A stretch of 64,000 bases of DNA from Azolla caroliniana. Its lineage: Eukaryota > Plantae > Polypodiophyta. The position numbers were made by a program, and so were the translations under genes. Shown piece after piece: positions 52,097-64,000 of this stretch (the stretch's first letter is position 1; each line of letters begins with the position of its first letter). Under the pieces are notes generated by a model that saw nothing but the letters and a program-made list of their open reading frames with translations, ran no database searches and was not told where the DNA came from. The stretch is taken from assembly GCA_043228905.1 (NCBI GenBank), contig JBHGNT010000011.1, forward strand, positions 20,336,001 through 20,400,000, written 5' to 3'.

Positions 52097-55000
52097 TTAA
52101 GTGTAAATTGAAGGAAAAGGCCCTCCAACAGCACCACCATGAGCAAGGTAGCTTCCATTTATAAGTGATTGTTGCTCTCCTAAGAAAGACTTTCTGGTCT
52201 TGCTGCTCTTTGTATATGCAGCACTTGGACTCTGTGACCCTAACTCATTGAGAATGGTATACTTGAACCTTTATTCAAGTTAAAAGATAATCCACTCTCC
52301 TCCATTATGCTCGTTCGTCCAGACGATACCTCATAGTCCATAGGCATTTCCTCCAATGTCTGCACACAAACGGATAGAAACGTTTGCTTACAATTTACCT
52401 TTTATTCCTGACATATTCTATATTTCCATATCAGAATCATGTCTAAAACGATTCTGTTAACTCTGCAGTTTTCTTACACGTGCTGCTTGCTGAAGGACAT
52501 GGAGCACTTCTTTACATCGTTTTCTTTTCACTGCTACATCCTCCCTCTCTTGCAGCATCTCTTCAAAGAGGTTCTCTCTGCCAAAGGAATATTTTTCACA
52601 AAGAGTTTCAAATTCCACTTTTCAATACATGCAGGTGTATTGATAGTATCCCTCTATATCTAAAATCATTCCTATGTTTATCAGACAGATATGCATCACA
52701 AAAGGCAGTGAAGGACCTGTATAACTTCCTGATAAATACATTGTGAAGTTCACGTTTCGAGTGATTGACCTATAGAGTGAAACAGTTCATCAAACCATAT
52801 TGTTCAAAGTATATGCTTGATATTTTAAAATGTTATGCCAAAATTACCAGAAAGTGCATGATGGCTTTCGGCACCCCATCTTGAATGTTTTTTCTGACAA
52901 TGTCATAATAGGACTTGATCAATAATCGAGTTATAGATATCTCCACAGAATCTTGTTCGGATTGAGCATCAGTTGCCCTTAGCACAGCAGGTGGCTGAAA
53001 CATGTTGATAAGATTGAGAAAAAGAGCAAAAGCAACAGAAAACTTAGGAATTCGTACAGCATATACAGCAACTCATAACCAATGAGAATATGTTGAACCT
53101 CTCAGAACACCATATACCAAGCATATATAATAATGCATAACAAAGGCAAAAGAATTGTACCTCTCTGAGTTGAATTGCTGCAAATGCTGGTTCGAAATTG
53201 GGAATTGGCTCATTGAAATGTTTAGTAATTGTGGCATCCTTCCAATTTGAACGAGCTGACGAAGCTGCTTCGTTACCACTAAAAATTGATGAAATTCCCC
53301 AGTTTCCCCCAGAAGGAACAGCTAATAAAAAATAACCCGAAGAAAATAAATATGCACAGCTAAAAGTTTAACATGATTAAAGTGCAAACGTCTTCAAGGA
53401 TGGCTGAAATTCTAAGTTCTTGAAATAATTTAACACCTGTTAAAGTATCAGGTCGGATATTGGAAGGTTTATTCCCCTGAAAAAGTCCCACAAAATGGAT
53501 AATGAGATTTGAGTGGGGAGAGGATATGTCATTCTAATTCATAGGAATATATAAATATATCTATATCTATATCTATATGCATAGACATATACAAACATGA
53601 TCTGCTGAAGTTGCCTTCCCAAGGATGGCTCTTGACTTTGACACTTTTTCAGAAGCTGCTGGTAAAGAAAGCCTCATTGTTAAAGGATCCCTCAACTCGC
53701 TCGTATCCTGTAGACAAATGATATTTTCAATGACCTATAAATCAATGGGAATAACTCCAAAATCTGCCCAAGTTGTCATTATTTCCCTGAATGCCATTGA
53801 TCAGGTCCCTCTATTTCTAGATTTACAATCTACTTTTCAGTGATTTTTGAGACAGAATGTGTTTGTATCAACATCAATAAGGGAGCAACATAACCTATGA
53901 AAGCAAAAATCCTTACGTACGGGGGGGGGATTTTTAAATGGTAATGCAAAAAAGCTTAGGAAAAAACCAAGCTATTTGCTGAATTTCACTGTTTTGATCT
54001 TTGATGAGTTTGTTTCTCAAGTAGATGAGCATGCCTAGCATCATTGGTGATGCTTCCATCTACATTAGGAGTTCTTCAAAGTCATGACTAATTTCCTCAA
54101 TGCAAAGCATTCGAAGGTGACATTCTTTTGTTTCTGGTAAGTATATTTCCTTTTCACAGCTCAATGTAAAGCGTACTTCCAGTTCCAATGTTTTAACGTG
54201 TGTTACTCACTCCCCCCCTTGGCCATGGTTGTGTTATCTGGATGTGAGCTTGGACATCAGCCAGCCAGCAAGCCTCGGTAATTTTCACAATATTGAGCAT
54301 TAATGTGGCTGCATTAGTACTCAAAACTTTGATCTATGTTGGGTTGTTCTCCATTCCACGTGGAGAGTTTTCAATGTGCCCAAATAAAACATAGACTCGT
54401 GTTACAATGTGGACATAGGCCCCAAGCATTTATTTAGAGCACAGCTCCATCACCCTTGTCATTGACAAAAGAGAGCCATTATCACCTGCACCGAAGGTGC
54501 TTTGTTTTCTTCGGTGATCTCTCCATCTTGGAGTGGCAGATTTTGGAGATTTTTTTAATAAGAAAGTTCCAGTCTTATCTAAGTTCAGAATCTTAATTGC
54601 TTAGATAGCTAGATTCTTTAGTACCCTATACTTGATTACATTTAGTTGTGTTTGTTGATCTCAAAGACGAGCAGCATTTTAAAATGTAGTCTCTTGTTCA
54701 ATCTTAGAGGTGATTCTAGCCTCTTCAAAGACATTAAGATAGATATTTCTTTCATTTCCTCAATGTGCATCATCCAAAAAAATTCTCTTCTTTTCCTATA
54801 TCTTTGCCCTTGGGGTTCTGCAGAAAGCCTGCTTGCAATCTACAATAGTTGTCCTTTCAGCAAACTATCCCCGATTACAATCTGTCGACAAAAACAAGAT
54901 CAAAAGTGTTGTGCTTAGGTTGAGAACAATTTTCCCCACAGCTCTCTGTTGTGTTTTTCAGCTCATTCACAGAGTTAATGTACATCAATGCTGCTAGATT

Positions 55001-58000
55001 TTTGGCTTTTCAAGTTCCCAGCCTAATAGTGTGATAGTTGACCTGATTTCTATTGCCTTTTTTGTACAGCATCGTGATCAGATTATCTTGCCAAATTCCA
55101 ATCTAAACAAATATTGTGCTATAGTAATGCACGCATCCCCTCTTTGTTCACTGGGTTCCTTCACATTAGTTAACTATCTGCAACCTTCCATTTTGAAGTT
55201 TTTCACACTTTCTGGTACAACCTTACATTCAAAAACTTCACTCAGTTCGGTTCAGCTTGAGTCTTGCCAAACCATTCTGGGCCAAACAGGTTCCCAAACC
55301 GGTTTAGGCTTAACCGGTTTAGGGATCAGTTCGCTCTGCTTCAGTTCAGGTTAGAAAACCTTTTTAATGCTTAACCGGTTTGGCTTGAACAAGGCCAAAT
55401 CGGTTAAGGCTTAACCAAACTGTTGCCGATTCCTAAAAGAACAGGGTGATGAGGGAGAGGTTCAGATGGGCATGGTCTACATGGATCAAGAATTGTCGTT
55501 GTCCAATCTATTGCAACACCTTCTGAATGTTGTGATCAAGATTCTATTTGGGTAGCCCTTGATTGACTTCCAGCAGGGGAGGTTGTGAAGACCAAGTTGT
55601 TACTGAAGGATTATCCAAGAGTCATGAAGTTGCTGATATTATCCAACCCAGATTTTATCAATAAAAAGCATTTAAAACCTCAATCTTCTATGAAAGGTCT
55701 ACTTTATTATTTCCAGCAAATTAGGGTAGTTTCAATCAAATAACGCTTTTGTTCTTTGTTCATGTAGCTTTATGGCCATATTGTTCTTCAATAACTGCCT
55801 TCTATGTATCTGGATCATAGTACGTAATATACTCAAATGCATTGGCAGACTTTTTTCATACGAATGCGTATGCTATCAAAACATTCTTATGTTTTTTTTT
55901 ACACTTTTTACCTTAACCTTCTTACCTTAAAAAATAAACTACCTCATAATAAATAATGAATACAAAAGTATGGTATTTACCATACTTTAAGGGTGTTTAC
56001 CATACTCGAACGATTGAAACATTCTCAAATGTGAATGCACATATGGTACGTATGGTTCATACTATGATCTGGATTTCTTGCAACAATCACAAACATAGTT
56101 GGTCTTCCATTTCCGTCTTGTCAAGTGGCCAAAGAATTGTGTGACGGAGAATGTTATCTCCCCCTTATTTTAAAGATAACAATACAATGAAAAACAAAGT
56201 GTTCTTCTGATTCCACATCCCAATGGCACAATTAGCAGGTCTGTTCCTCAGCTTTTCATGGATATCTGCACATTCAATTTCTAACTGACATAAAGTATTA
56301 CATTACCTTGCAGGGTGGCTTAAGACTCTGGTAAGAGGGAATGTCATCTCTCTGTACATCATAATAATTATACAATGGCAAACATATGATTCTGTTGATT
56401 CCGCATCCCAAAGGCATGATTTCTGGAGCCCTTCCTCCATCGTTTTGTAGGCATATCTGTCTCAATCTCTAACTGATGTGAAAAACGTCCTATGCTGCCC
56501 TTTCATATGTCTGGCCTAATAATAAATACAGCATACAACAGTATGGATATGGACTAATTGTGAGGTATCTTCCTACAAGCATCATTGTGGGGCTGTTCCA
56601 TGGTCTTTAATTATCAAATTATATCAGTTCAGCACTTGATTCTTTTCCATTTTGTTGGTATACATGTTGATAATCCATGTAACCATCCCTGAATTTCAAT
56701 GTACCAATACTATCTCCATGTTATGCCAGTTGTTTTAAAGAGTTTAATGCGAATCTCAAGTATATTTTGCTTGGGCGATCCCAAACCTGGTGGATGCAAA
56801 TCATTCAACTGAAAATTGCCTGTCACTATTGGGGCTGATTCTATTTCAGTCTGAATTATATCATGTGGTAATGATGCTTGCTTCTCATCACACATGCAAT
56901 CTTCAAAACTAAAGGTCTCTCTACTTGTCTACAGCCTCTTGAAGGCTTGGTCTCAAAATGTCCACCCCATAGAGAAGAGTTGGTGTTTTAGTGTATTGAA
57001 CCACCAGATTTGTGATACTTGGAACTATATGCACATTCATTGTCTCCAAGTGAACAGAGGGCTGCATAACCATGAGAAAGTCAAGCACAGACAGCCTCTC
57101 ACAAAGAGAATCAGACCTCTGTCAAAGTTTTGACACTGATTCATACAATGCATAGATCCCCCATTGCATGTGCATCAGTACTCTGGGAACTCTAGTCATT
57201 GCATGAGCTGAGAACATAACACAATGTCAAAGGTCTTCAAGAAATCCATGAAGCACCATAAAAATTCTCCTCCTATGGTGTTTTCTTCCTCGATATGGAC
57301 TTGAAGGGTCATTACGTGATCCAATGTACAGAATCACTGTTCGATATCAATTCTCTCTGCCCAGTTTCTCATTGAGAAAGGTAGAAAAGGAGAAAAATGA
57401 AATGAAATATGAGGTTATATTAACATCTTTCACAATTCCTGATTTTCTTTTAGTTTTGGCTTTAAATTTATCAGTTACAAGGCAAGTTAGCAAGTTTTCA
57501 GATGTTTTCAAACATATCTCTGCAGTGTATTCCTGTACAACTGCTTTTGTATGACATCACCATACTTCACAATCATACAGTGTAGGGAGACAAGACAACC
57601 TTGACATTGTCAAAAGGCCAGAGTGGCCTATGAGTCTGAAAGTTGCAGTCACATGAATCTTACAGAATATTTAGTAGAACAACAAAATTTCAAGATGTCT
57701 GGCCAAAGGCATTTGGGAAATAATAAAGACTAGGGGATATCTGGGGAAACAAAGAAGAGCATTGGAGGTATTTGTAATCTTCCACTAAATTGTTAAATAG
57801 TTCACATACACAAAGAAAATCGAACCTTAATAGGTGTGGACATCCTGGTAGTTCGATGTTGCTCAAGAGCCAGCTCGACAGCTTTGCTGCCACCAATAAA
57901 TGATGGATGAGAAGTATTGATGTAGTCCATCTGGCATAATATATTAAAACTGTGTTAAAAACATCAGTAATGGAAGAAAAACACATAAACACAGCATATC

Positions 58001-61000
58001 TCTTCAATACCCAAACATTGCACCTCCATTTCAATTAGGTGGCAAATCATTGTTTCTGCAGGTATTAGTCCTTCTCGCAAGAAGCTACTAACAACCTCCT
58101 CAACTCGTTTACGCAAGACAGGGAATCTCTGTAATTCATAAGACTCGCATCGATGGGAAACCTGTGCAAAATAGAAAATATTAAATTCATCTAATTAATG
58201 TTAACAGCATGCTCTCAAAATCAGCACACATGTCAGATTATTACGCAGTATAATCCTAGCTCATCAAATCATAACACAAATTCTGACTTTTAACAAAAAA
58301 ACCATAAACAAAAATCTAAAAAGCTACCTTGACAAGCTCATCATATATAAAACGTGCACACTGCAGACTCGGATCAAGCAATCGAGCAATTTGTCGGCGA
58401 ACTAAGACTTCAAAAGGTACCTATCATGTTAAATAAGTCATGAAAATTCTTCGTATAGGAGTCATCCATCATCAGATACCAGTAGGAATACCGATTGTAG
58501 ATTTTAAACTTCTAAACAGAGAAATGAAAACAAAGAAGCAAGAATAATAAGATAAATTTGACATATAAATAGAACAGCCTCAAAACACAGTTCAAAGCTA
58601 TTGACGGGTTGAAAAAACCAAAATAATATGCGTATGAAATCGCATCCTAGTTAGCCAGATTATTTATAATTTGGAAATTCTGATCAATGTATGGATATCC
58701 ATATGAATGTGAATAGACTAGCAAATCACAAGGTACTGAATAAAAAGGATATTCTCTAAATAAATAATAATTCCATTCAAATATAACTGTCAGCCAGCCA
58801 ATAATTAGACCTCTCAAACAATAGATAGAATCATAGTTCCTAATATTCGCGTACGTCCAATTTACTGGACGTACGCGAACGTTTGCAAACGTACGCGTAT
58901 GATACGCGATATATTTGGCTTCTTCTTTTTTTGCCCTTTTTTGGGGGTTTTTAAATTTTTGATATTCATAATTCTTTGTGAATAGAAGAGACGTCTGACA
59001 CACACACACTCTCTCTCTCTCTCACACGAGAACTGACAGATCTTCTCTCTCTACAAAATCTAGATCTCTAATATACATATTACACACTCCCTCACACACA
59101 CAAAATCCATAGCTCCTCTCTCTCTCTCTCTAGAGTCTAGATATACACTCAACCACTGTCTCCTCACACATGCAAAACAGGGTTTCTCTCTCTCTCTCCC
59201 TCACACACACACACTATGTACACCATATACACCATATGTATATATCTATGTACCGTCTATGGATTTCAATCATACTTGGAGCCTTTTCACGTATGAGTAT
59301 GATACGAATATTGGCGTTTGAGTATGACACGAATGGGACGTATGGCTAGAACTATGGATAGAATAGAATAGTGAATCGATCATTATATCAAAAGCTGATA
59401 TGATATGCGTTACAATGGATACATCTATAACTACAAAATAACATATTGAATTTTATGAGTTTGAAGGAGCAAATAGAAACCCAGAAAATGAAAGAAAAAT
59501 AAATTTATTGAGTTCAGTTTCGAATGTAAGCTCAAGCATTGACATCATTGATGCTAAAGAGTAGATTCGGGCTAATATCAAATATCAAATAAGCAAGATT
59601 TCTATGGTTTGGGCATTATGCCAGACACTCAAAACATAAAAATGAAAATAAGACAAATAAAATGTATTTTCTTGTCTCAACAATAATGGAAATGTTATAG
59701 ATACATATCAATTAACCAGTAGAATAAATACTTCTCAACCCACCTCTGGAACAAAAATTGTGTTCTTTGCTCCAGTGGCATTTTGAATAGCTGTTTTTAT
59801 ATCTTCATCTGTCAACTCAGCGCAGGGATCAACGTCCTAGCAACAGCAAAAAATGTAAACCCTAAGCAAAAAATGAAGATGACTAGTCCTAATCAAAGGA
59901 TACAAAGTATCCACATTAGCTTCAATCACATGCACATCTGTATCTTAATCCCCTTTACTTACATCAAGAATTTTAACAAAAATGTTCTGGAATATATAGT
60001 GAAGACGAGCACCACCCGACAACTCTGATGATGACATCTCTTCATTTTTACCATCAATAATTGATGCAAATCCTGTTTATAAAATGGTATGTTAAAAATC
60101 TCTTTGGATTGCTTCACCGTATACAAGTTTATTTATAACTTGTGCTATTGGCATCATACCTTCAGAATATCGTGTAATGATATTAAGCAGCAATACATTT
60201 TGACCTGACTGGCCATAAGAAGAAGAAATTTGATAATTAGGACTAAATGATTTTCAAGTATCTCATAGACGTATGATGTGTCCTTTCTTTGCATTTGGGG
60301 AGGAAATATAAATTGCAGAAGCAATTACTTACTTTTGAATCTGTACCTTGACCATAACTAGCCAACTCTTTTGAAAGGGTAACCATCTGTGTATTGATAC
60401 GGGCTTTCATATCAGGAAGGACTGTCTTGATATGTTGCACAAGGATCTACAACGCATGAAGACAATGTTACAAAACCCTTGGCTACTGGCCAACATTAGA
60501 ACAAACATAAATAAAATAGCACAATTTCACAAGCCTACAGTGTTCAATTTCTTTGCTAGCTGAGGAATACCACAACGATCAGCTAGACTGTGATAAACCT
60601 GGAAACATAGCATAAATCAGGAAGACATTCAATGGATATGGAAATGGCAAAACTGAACACGACAACTCACTGGGAAGGAGCGGAAGAAGTTCTTCTCATA
60701 TACAAGTGCATCACAAATACTTTTGTTTCTGACAATATCCTGTTATTGTACACAAATCAGTTAAGGAATTAAATGTGATGTTGCGTTAGATTGACCTCTA
60801 TGTTCAACAATAAAAGCTTCAAGAAAACTTTGTCTCATCTACTTTCTATTTATGGAAATGTCTGTACTCTATGATGAATCAAAAAACACCAACATCAAGT
60901 ACAGAGATAGTACACAAAGATAATCACAAGTGCACTATTGAAACAATAAAACTGTTTCATGCATAATACAAAAAACAAGGGAAAATATGAAAATATGAAA

Positions 61001-63091
61001 ATATGAAAAACACTCCTCAGATTTTGAATAGTAATAAAAGTAAGAACACAAACTTCAGGTTCACTAGTATGTGGGAAATGTCTAAGACATAATGAGCGTT
61101 CCAGAGTTCTTATTAATGAGTTAATCTAGACAACTTCTTGAACTATGTTGTAAAAATTTCATCCAATTCCAGGTACCAATTAAAGTATTCAGCATCTGGC
61201 CAAAAGCCTGTGCTTCTGATATTCTTGTAAATGGAGGACTGAATGCCCACAATTGAAAATTGCAAAACATACAGCTTACTGCTTCATTTGACTTCTAAAA
61301 AAATAATTGACTTTATATTCATTCATATGTACATGCTAACATGAAATATTGATTCAATTTCCATGAAGACAGAGAAAATATTCAGCAAGATTTACCTCTT
61401 GACTGCGATTCACAACTCCAATATAACCCAAACGAAGGGGAATAACGTTCCCCAGAAGAAAGTTACGAGCATCAGTGCCCCTGTCCATGATATCCAACTG
61501 CATGAAAATTAAGAAATAATGAGAACAGCCAAATTGTGAAAGCTCCAAAAGAGACTTACATCCAGTGAAGTGGAGATTTTAAACCTTGGTTATTACGCCA
61601 ATTGTACGTGATCCTAGCAAATGAAGTTTCCAATTAAGTAAGAAATGAGCTCATAAATAAAATTAGAACAGTACCAAGAGTGAATACATAATTTATTTAA
61701 AGAGACAAAATCCTATTTAAAAGAACTGAGAGACTAAATAGAATATGGAAAGAAGAAGAAAACAATTGAATTTAAGAAAAACATTGAAAACCCTTGTTTG
61801 TTTCTTTATTTCTCTAAATACCCTTGATGAACACTCTTTTGAATTTTTATATTGCCAAATCATAGCATACCCTTTTCCTCAATTAAATGTGCCAATTATT
61901 AGGGTCCATTTTATATCCCTTTTGCTCTCTTTTGGGAGATTGACCAAAGAGATTTGAAGAAACAAAGAAAAACTGAAGCATATTCCAGAGTATGTTCATT
62001 ATTTCATTACCATCTGGATCAGCCATTCTTGCCATTTGAAGGGCATCTGAATTCGCCAAATCTGCATTGGCAGGAGATACTGCTAAAATGATGCAAGTCT
62101 CGTGTTTGATGTAGGAAAGAATCATAGCCCTTACTCGAGACTCTATATCAGTAGGTTGATCACCTACTGGAACCTTAGTAATACCAGGTAAATCTACTAA
62201 CGTTATAGTTAATACATGCGGAGAGAAGATTTTCAGCCGAATTTGCTTGTCTGATATGCCTTTATTGGATCCTAGTTCCCTCTCAGTCTCTGCCTGCAAG
62301 GCAAAAGAAGTTTGTAACATAAACAAAGGCAATAGCAAGTGCTTTTTCATTCTCTTAAAGTTCAAAGAAAAGCAACCATGCAATCTTAGAATAAAATCAG
62401 AAAACAAGAAATAGCGAAATACCCCTGAGTTTTGTTTATTGCCCTAAATACCCCTAAGTTTTCATTATTTCCCCATTACAAATGCTATTTACGCAATGAT
62501 ATGGTCAATACATCCCCTTCTTCTCTTTCCCATGGGTTGACCAAGGTATTTGGGGGAACAACAAAAAATAGGTGCATTTAGTGGGGGGAAATCCTGGTAT
62601 TTCAGATTTTTTCCCAATTAAGAATTTCTACATCAATAGAAAAACCTCAACAAAGTAAGACAAAAAGAAAAAGAAACCTGAATTTCCTTGCGGATTAACG
62701 AAAAGTCTGTAAAGCGCTTTCCAGGAGTGTGTAAGAATTCACCCCATTCTTCGACCTCTGACTTTTCATCTTGACGTTGAGGTAGCTGAATCAATTGCAA
62801 TACAAGAGGTCTACGTGTGCATATATCCGTTCCTCGAGGCAAGAAATCACGACCCACAAGGGCTTCTAAAACACTAGATTTTCCACTACTCTGGCTTCCA
62901 ACTACTGCCACTTGAGGAAGATCGATAGTGGATGCACTCCCAAGCTGTGCAAAAATGTCTTGTAACTTGTTCACTAAGGGAATAACGGACTGACCAATTG
63001 AAACACTAGGAGTATTTCTGGAAATAGACCCAATGGGATCTGCATTCTGGAAGATCGTCTGGCTTATTTCACTTTCTTCATAGTCTTCCAT
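52097..63091 (-). CDS. DRP3: Dynamin-related protein 3 (DRP3A/B, mitochondrial/peroxisomal fission GTPase)
   Basis: Exons (-): 63091-62678, 62293-62011, 61613-61585, 61497-61396, 60739-60671, 60598-60539, 60446-60333, 60208-60160, 60072-59963, 59836-59744, 58420-58328, 58161-58024, 57930-57826, 53707-53597, 53476-53437, 53321-53161, 52994-52848, 52769-52717, 52577-52478 and 52359-end. G1 GSQSSGKS, G2 TRRP, G3 DLPG and G4 TKLD. Middle domain ELSGGARL and [35 protein letters not shown]. The in-frame stop is at 52240-52242 (796 aa), but a DRP3-like tail continues in another frame to 52097. Probable 5'UTR intron acceptor at 63115-63116. Confidence 0.95.
54200..57350 (+). mobile_element. Probable heavily decayed Ty3/gypsy remnant filling DRP3 intron 13
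   Basis: Only faint motif ghosts, in the expected order: protease-like MLLD (about 54990), RT-like [10 protein letters not shown] (about 56200) and RNase H-like LELYA (about 57020). The intron is about 4.1 kb, versus mostly under 0.7 kb elsewhere in the gene. Confidence 0.3.
55816..56066. mobile_element. hAT-type MITE, family A (251 bp)
   Basis: TIR CATAGTACG / CATACTATG. Perfect 8-bp TSD ATCTGGAT at 55808-55815 and 56067-56074. Homologous to 13218-13412. Confidence 0.88.
58832..59356. mobile_element. hAT-type MITE, family B (525 bp) in DRP3 intron 10
   Basis: TIR CATAGTTC / GAACTATG. Perfect 8-bp TSD GATAGAAT at 58824-58831 and 59357-59364. Subterminal CGTACG/GATACG repeats and internal (CA)n/(CT)n. 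Confidence 0.88.
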
Positions 63092-64000
63092 GGTTTTTAA
63101 ACACTTTCAAGCACCTTGTGAAAAGAACAAATGATCGACGTTGTCTCCCTTGCTTCTTTGTTGTATATCAATAACCCAATTTGTACCTATATGCCACATA
63201 CATTCACATATATCTAAGGTTAGAAAGTAAGTAGGGTGAATAATCACGAAGTTGGAACAAATGAGCAACATTCATAATCAAGCATGTGTGTTTAACAGTG
63301 ATAAAGTTAAAAGAGAAGCACAGGTGATGAAGCCAATACAGATGAGCAACATATAGAATCACGCATGTGTTAGTCATGTATCAATGAGGAAGTTAAAAAC
63401 AGATGAAAATGCATACATAATCAAGCATGTATAGTTAATAATGATGGAGTCAAAGAAAGTGGAAAAACCATGCATAATTGTTCATGTAAGGTCAATAAGG
63501 ATGTAGTTGATACAAATGAAAAGCATACATGCTCAATGTATTTAAGATCAACAATGATGGAGCTGAAACAGATTAGCAACATAGAGGCCCAAGTCTCATA
63601 TGCCATTTGTTAACACAAATTATACATATACCACATTCATACACATGATTCGCAAGGCAGAAATAGTAAGTTAATATCAAAGACCAAGTTGAAATAGTTA
63701 CAAAATCATAAAGAATCAATCTATGTATAATTAACAAGGATATAATTAGAATTGAAACGGATGAGAGAAACAACACAAATACTCAAGGGCATGGAAAGTA
63801 AAAAAAACAAATAGAATCTATATAAAAAAGAGTGAAGAATCTAAACATATTGATAATCAGATACATAAAAACCCATTGATTATTCAAAAAGATTTCATTT
63901 TGTACATGAAACTGTGCGTCATTATAGACGGATTTGTCCAAGAAGTATGGATTTGAACAGAAAATGGCAATGCAAACAAGAGAAGAGGACAAAAGCGCAA

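Overview
Eukaryotic nuclear DNA from a land plant. Evidence: spliceosomal GT-AG introns, plant gene families, telo-boxes and decayed TE-rich spacers. A non-seed plant is my inference, not established. Six protein-coding loci were reconstructed by hand: (1) an apparently intronless TPR-like + C-terminal HPD J-domain gene split by a net -1 frameshift (42-1531 +); (2) phospholipase D alpha-type, 3 exons (8113-11670 +); (3) a single-exon ARM-repeat protein with no U-box (14905-15780 +); (4) a filament-like plant protein (FPP), 5 exons (22338-30079 -); (5) a TM9/EMP70 nonaspanin, 7 exons (46002-49872 -); (6) dynamin-related DRP3, 20 coding exons (52097-63091 -). Mobile DNA comprises a 5-kb 5'-truncated L1/Tx1-like LINE with a 15-bp TSD and a nested solo LTR (4-bp TSD), further 3' pieces of related LINEs with a shared T-run/GG/A-run/(GAA)n end, three hAT-type MITEs with 8-bp TSDs, a copia 3' remnant and a probable decayed gypsy. 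No rRNA, tRNA or CRISPR array was found. I see no clear multi-gene novel system. The best leads are the uncharacterised TPR-J protein, a duplicated splice acceptor in FPP that could swap its C-terminus, the (GAA)n-tailed LINE family and an out-of-frame DRP3 C-terminus.
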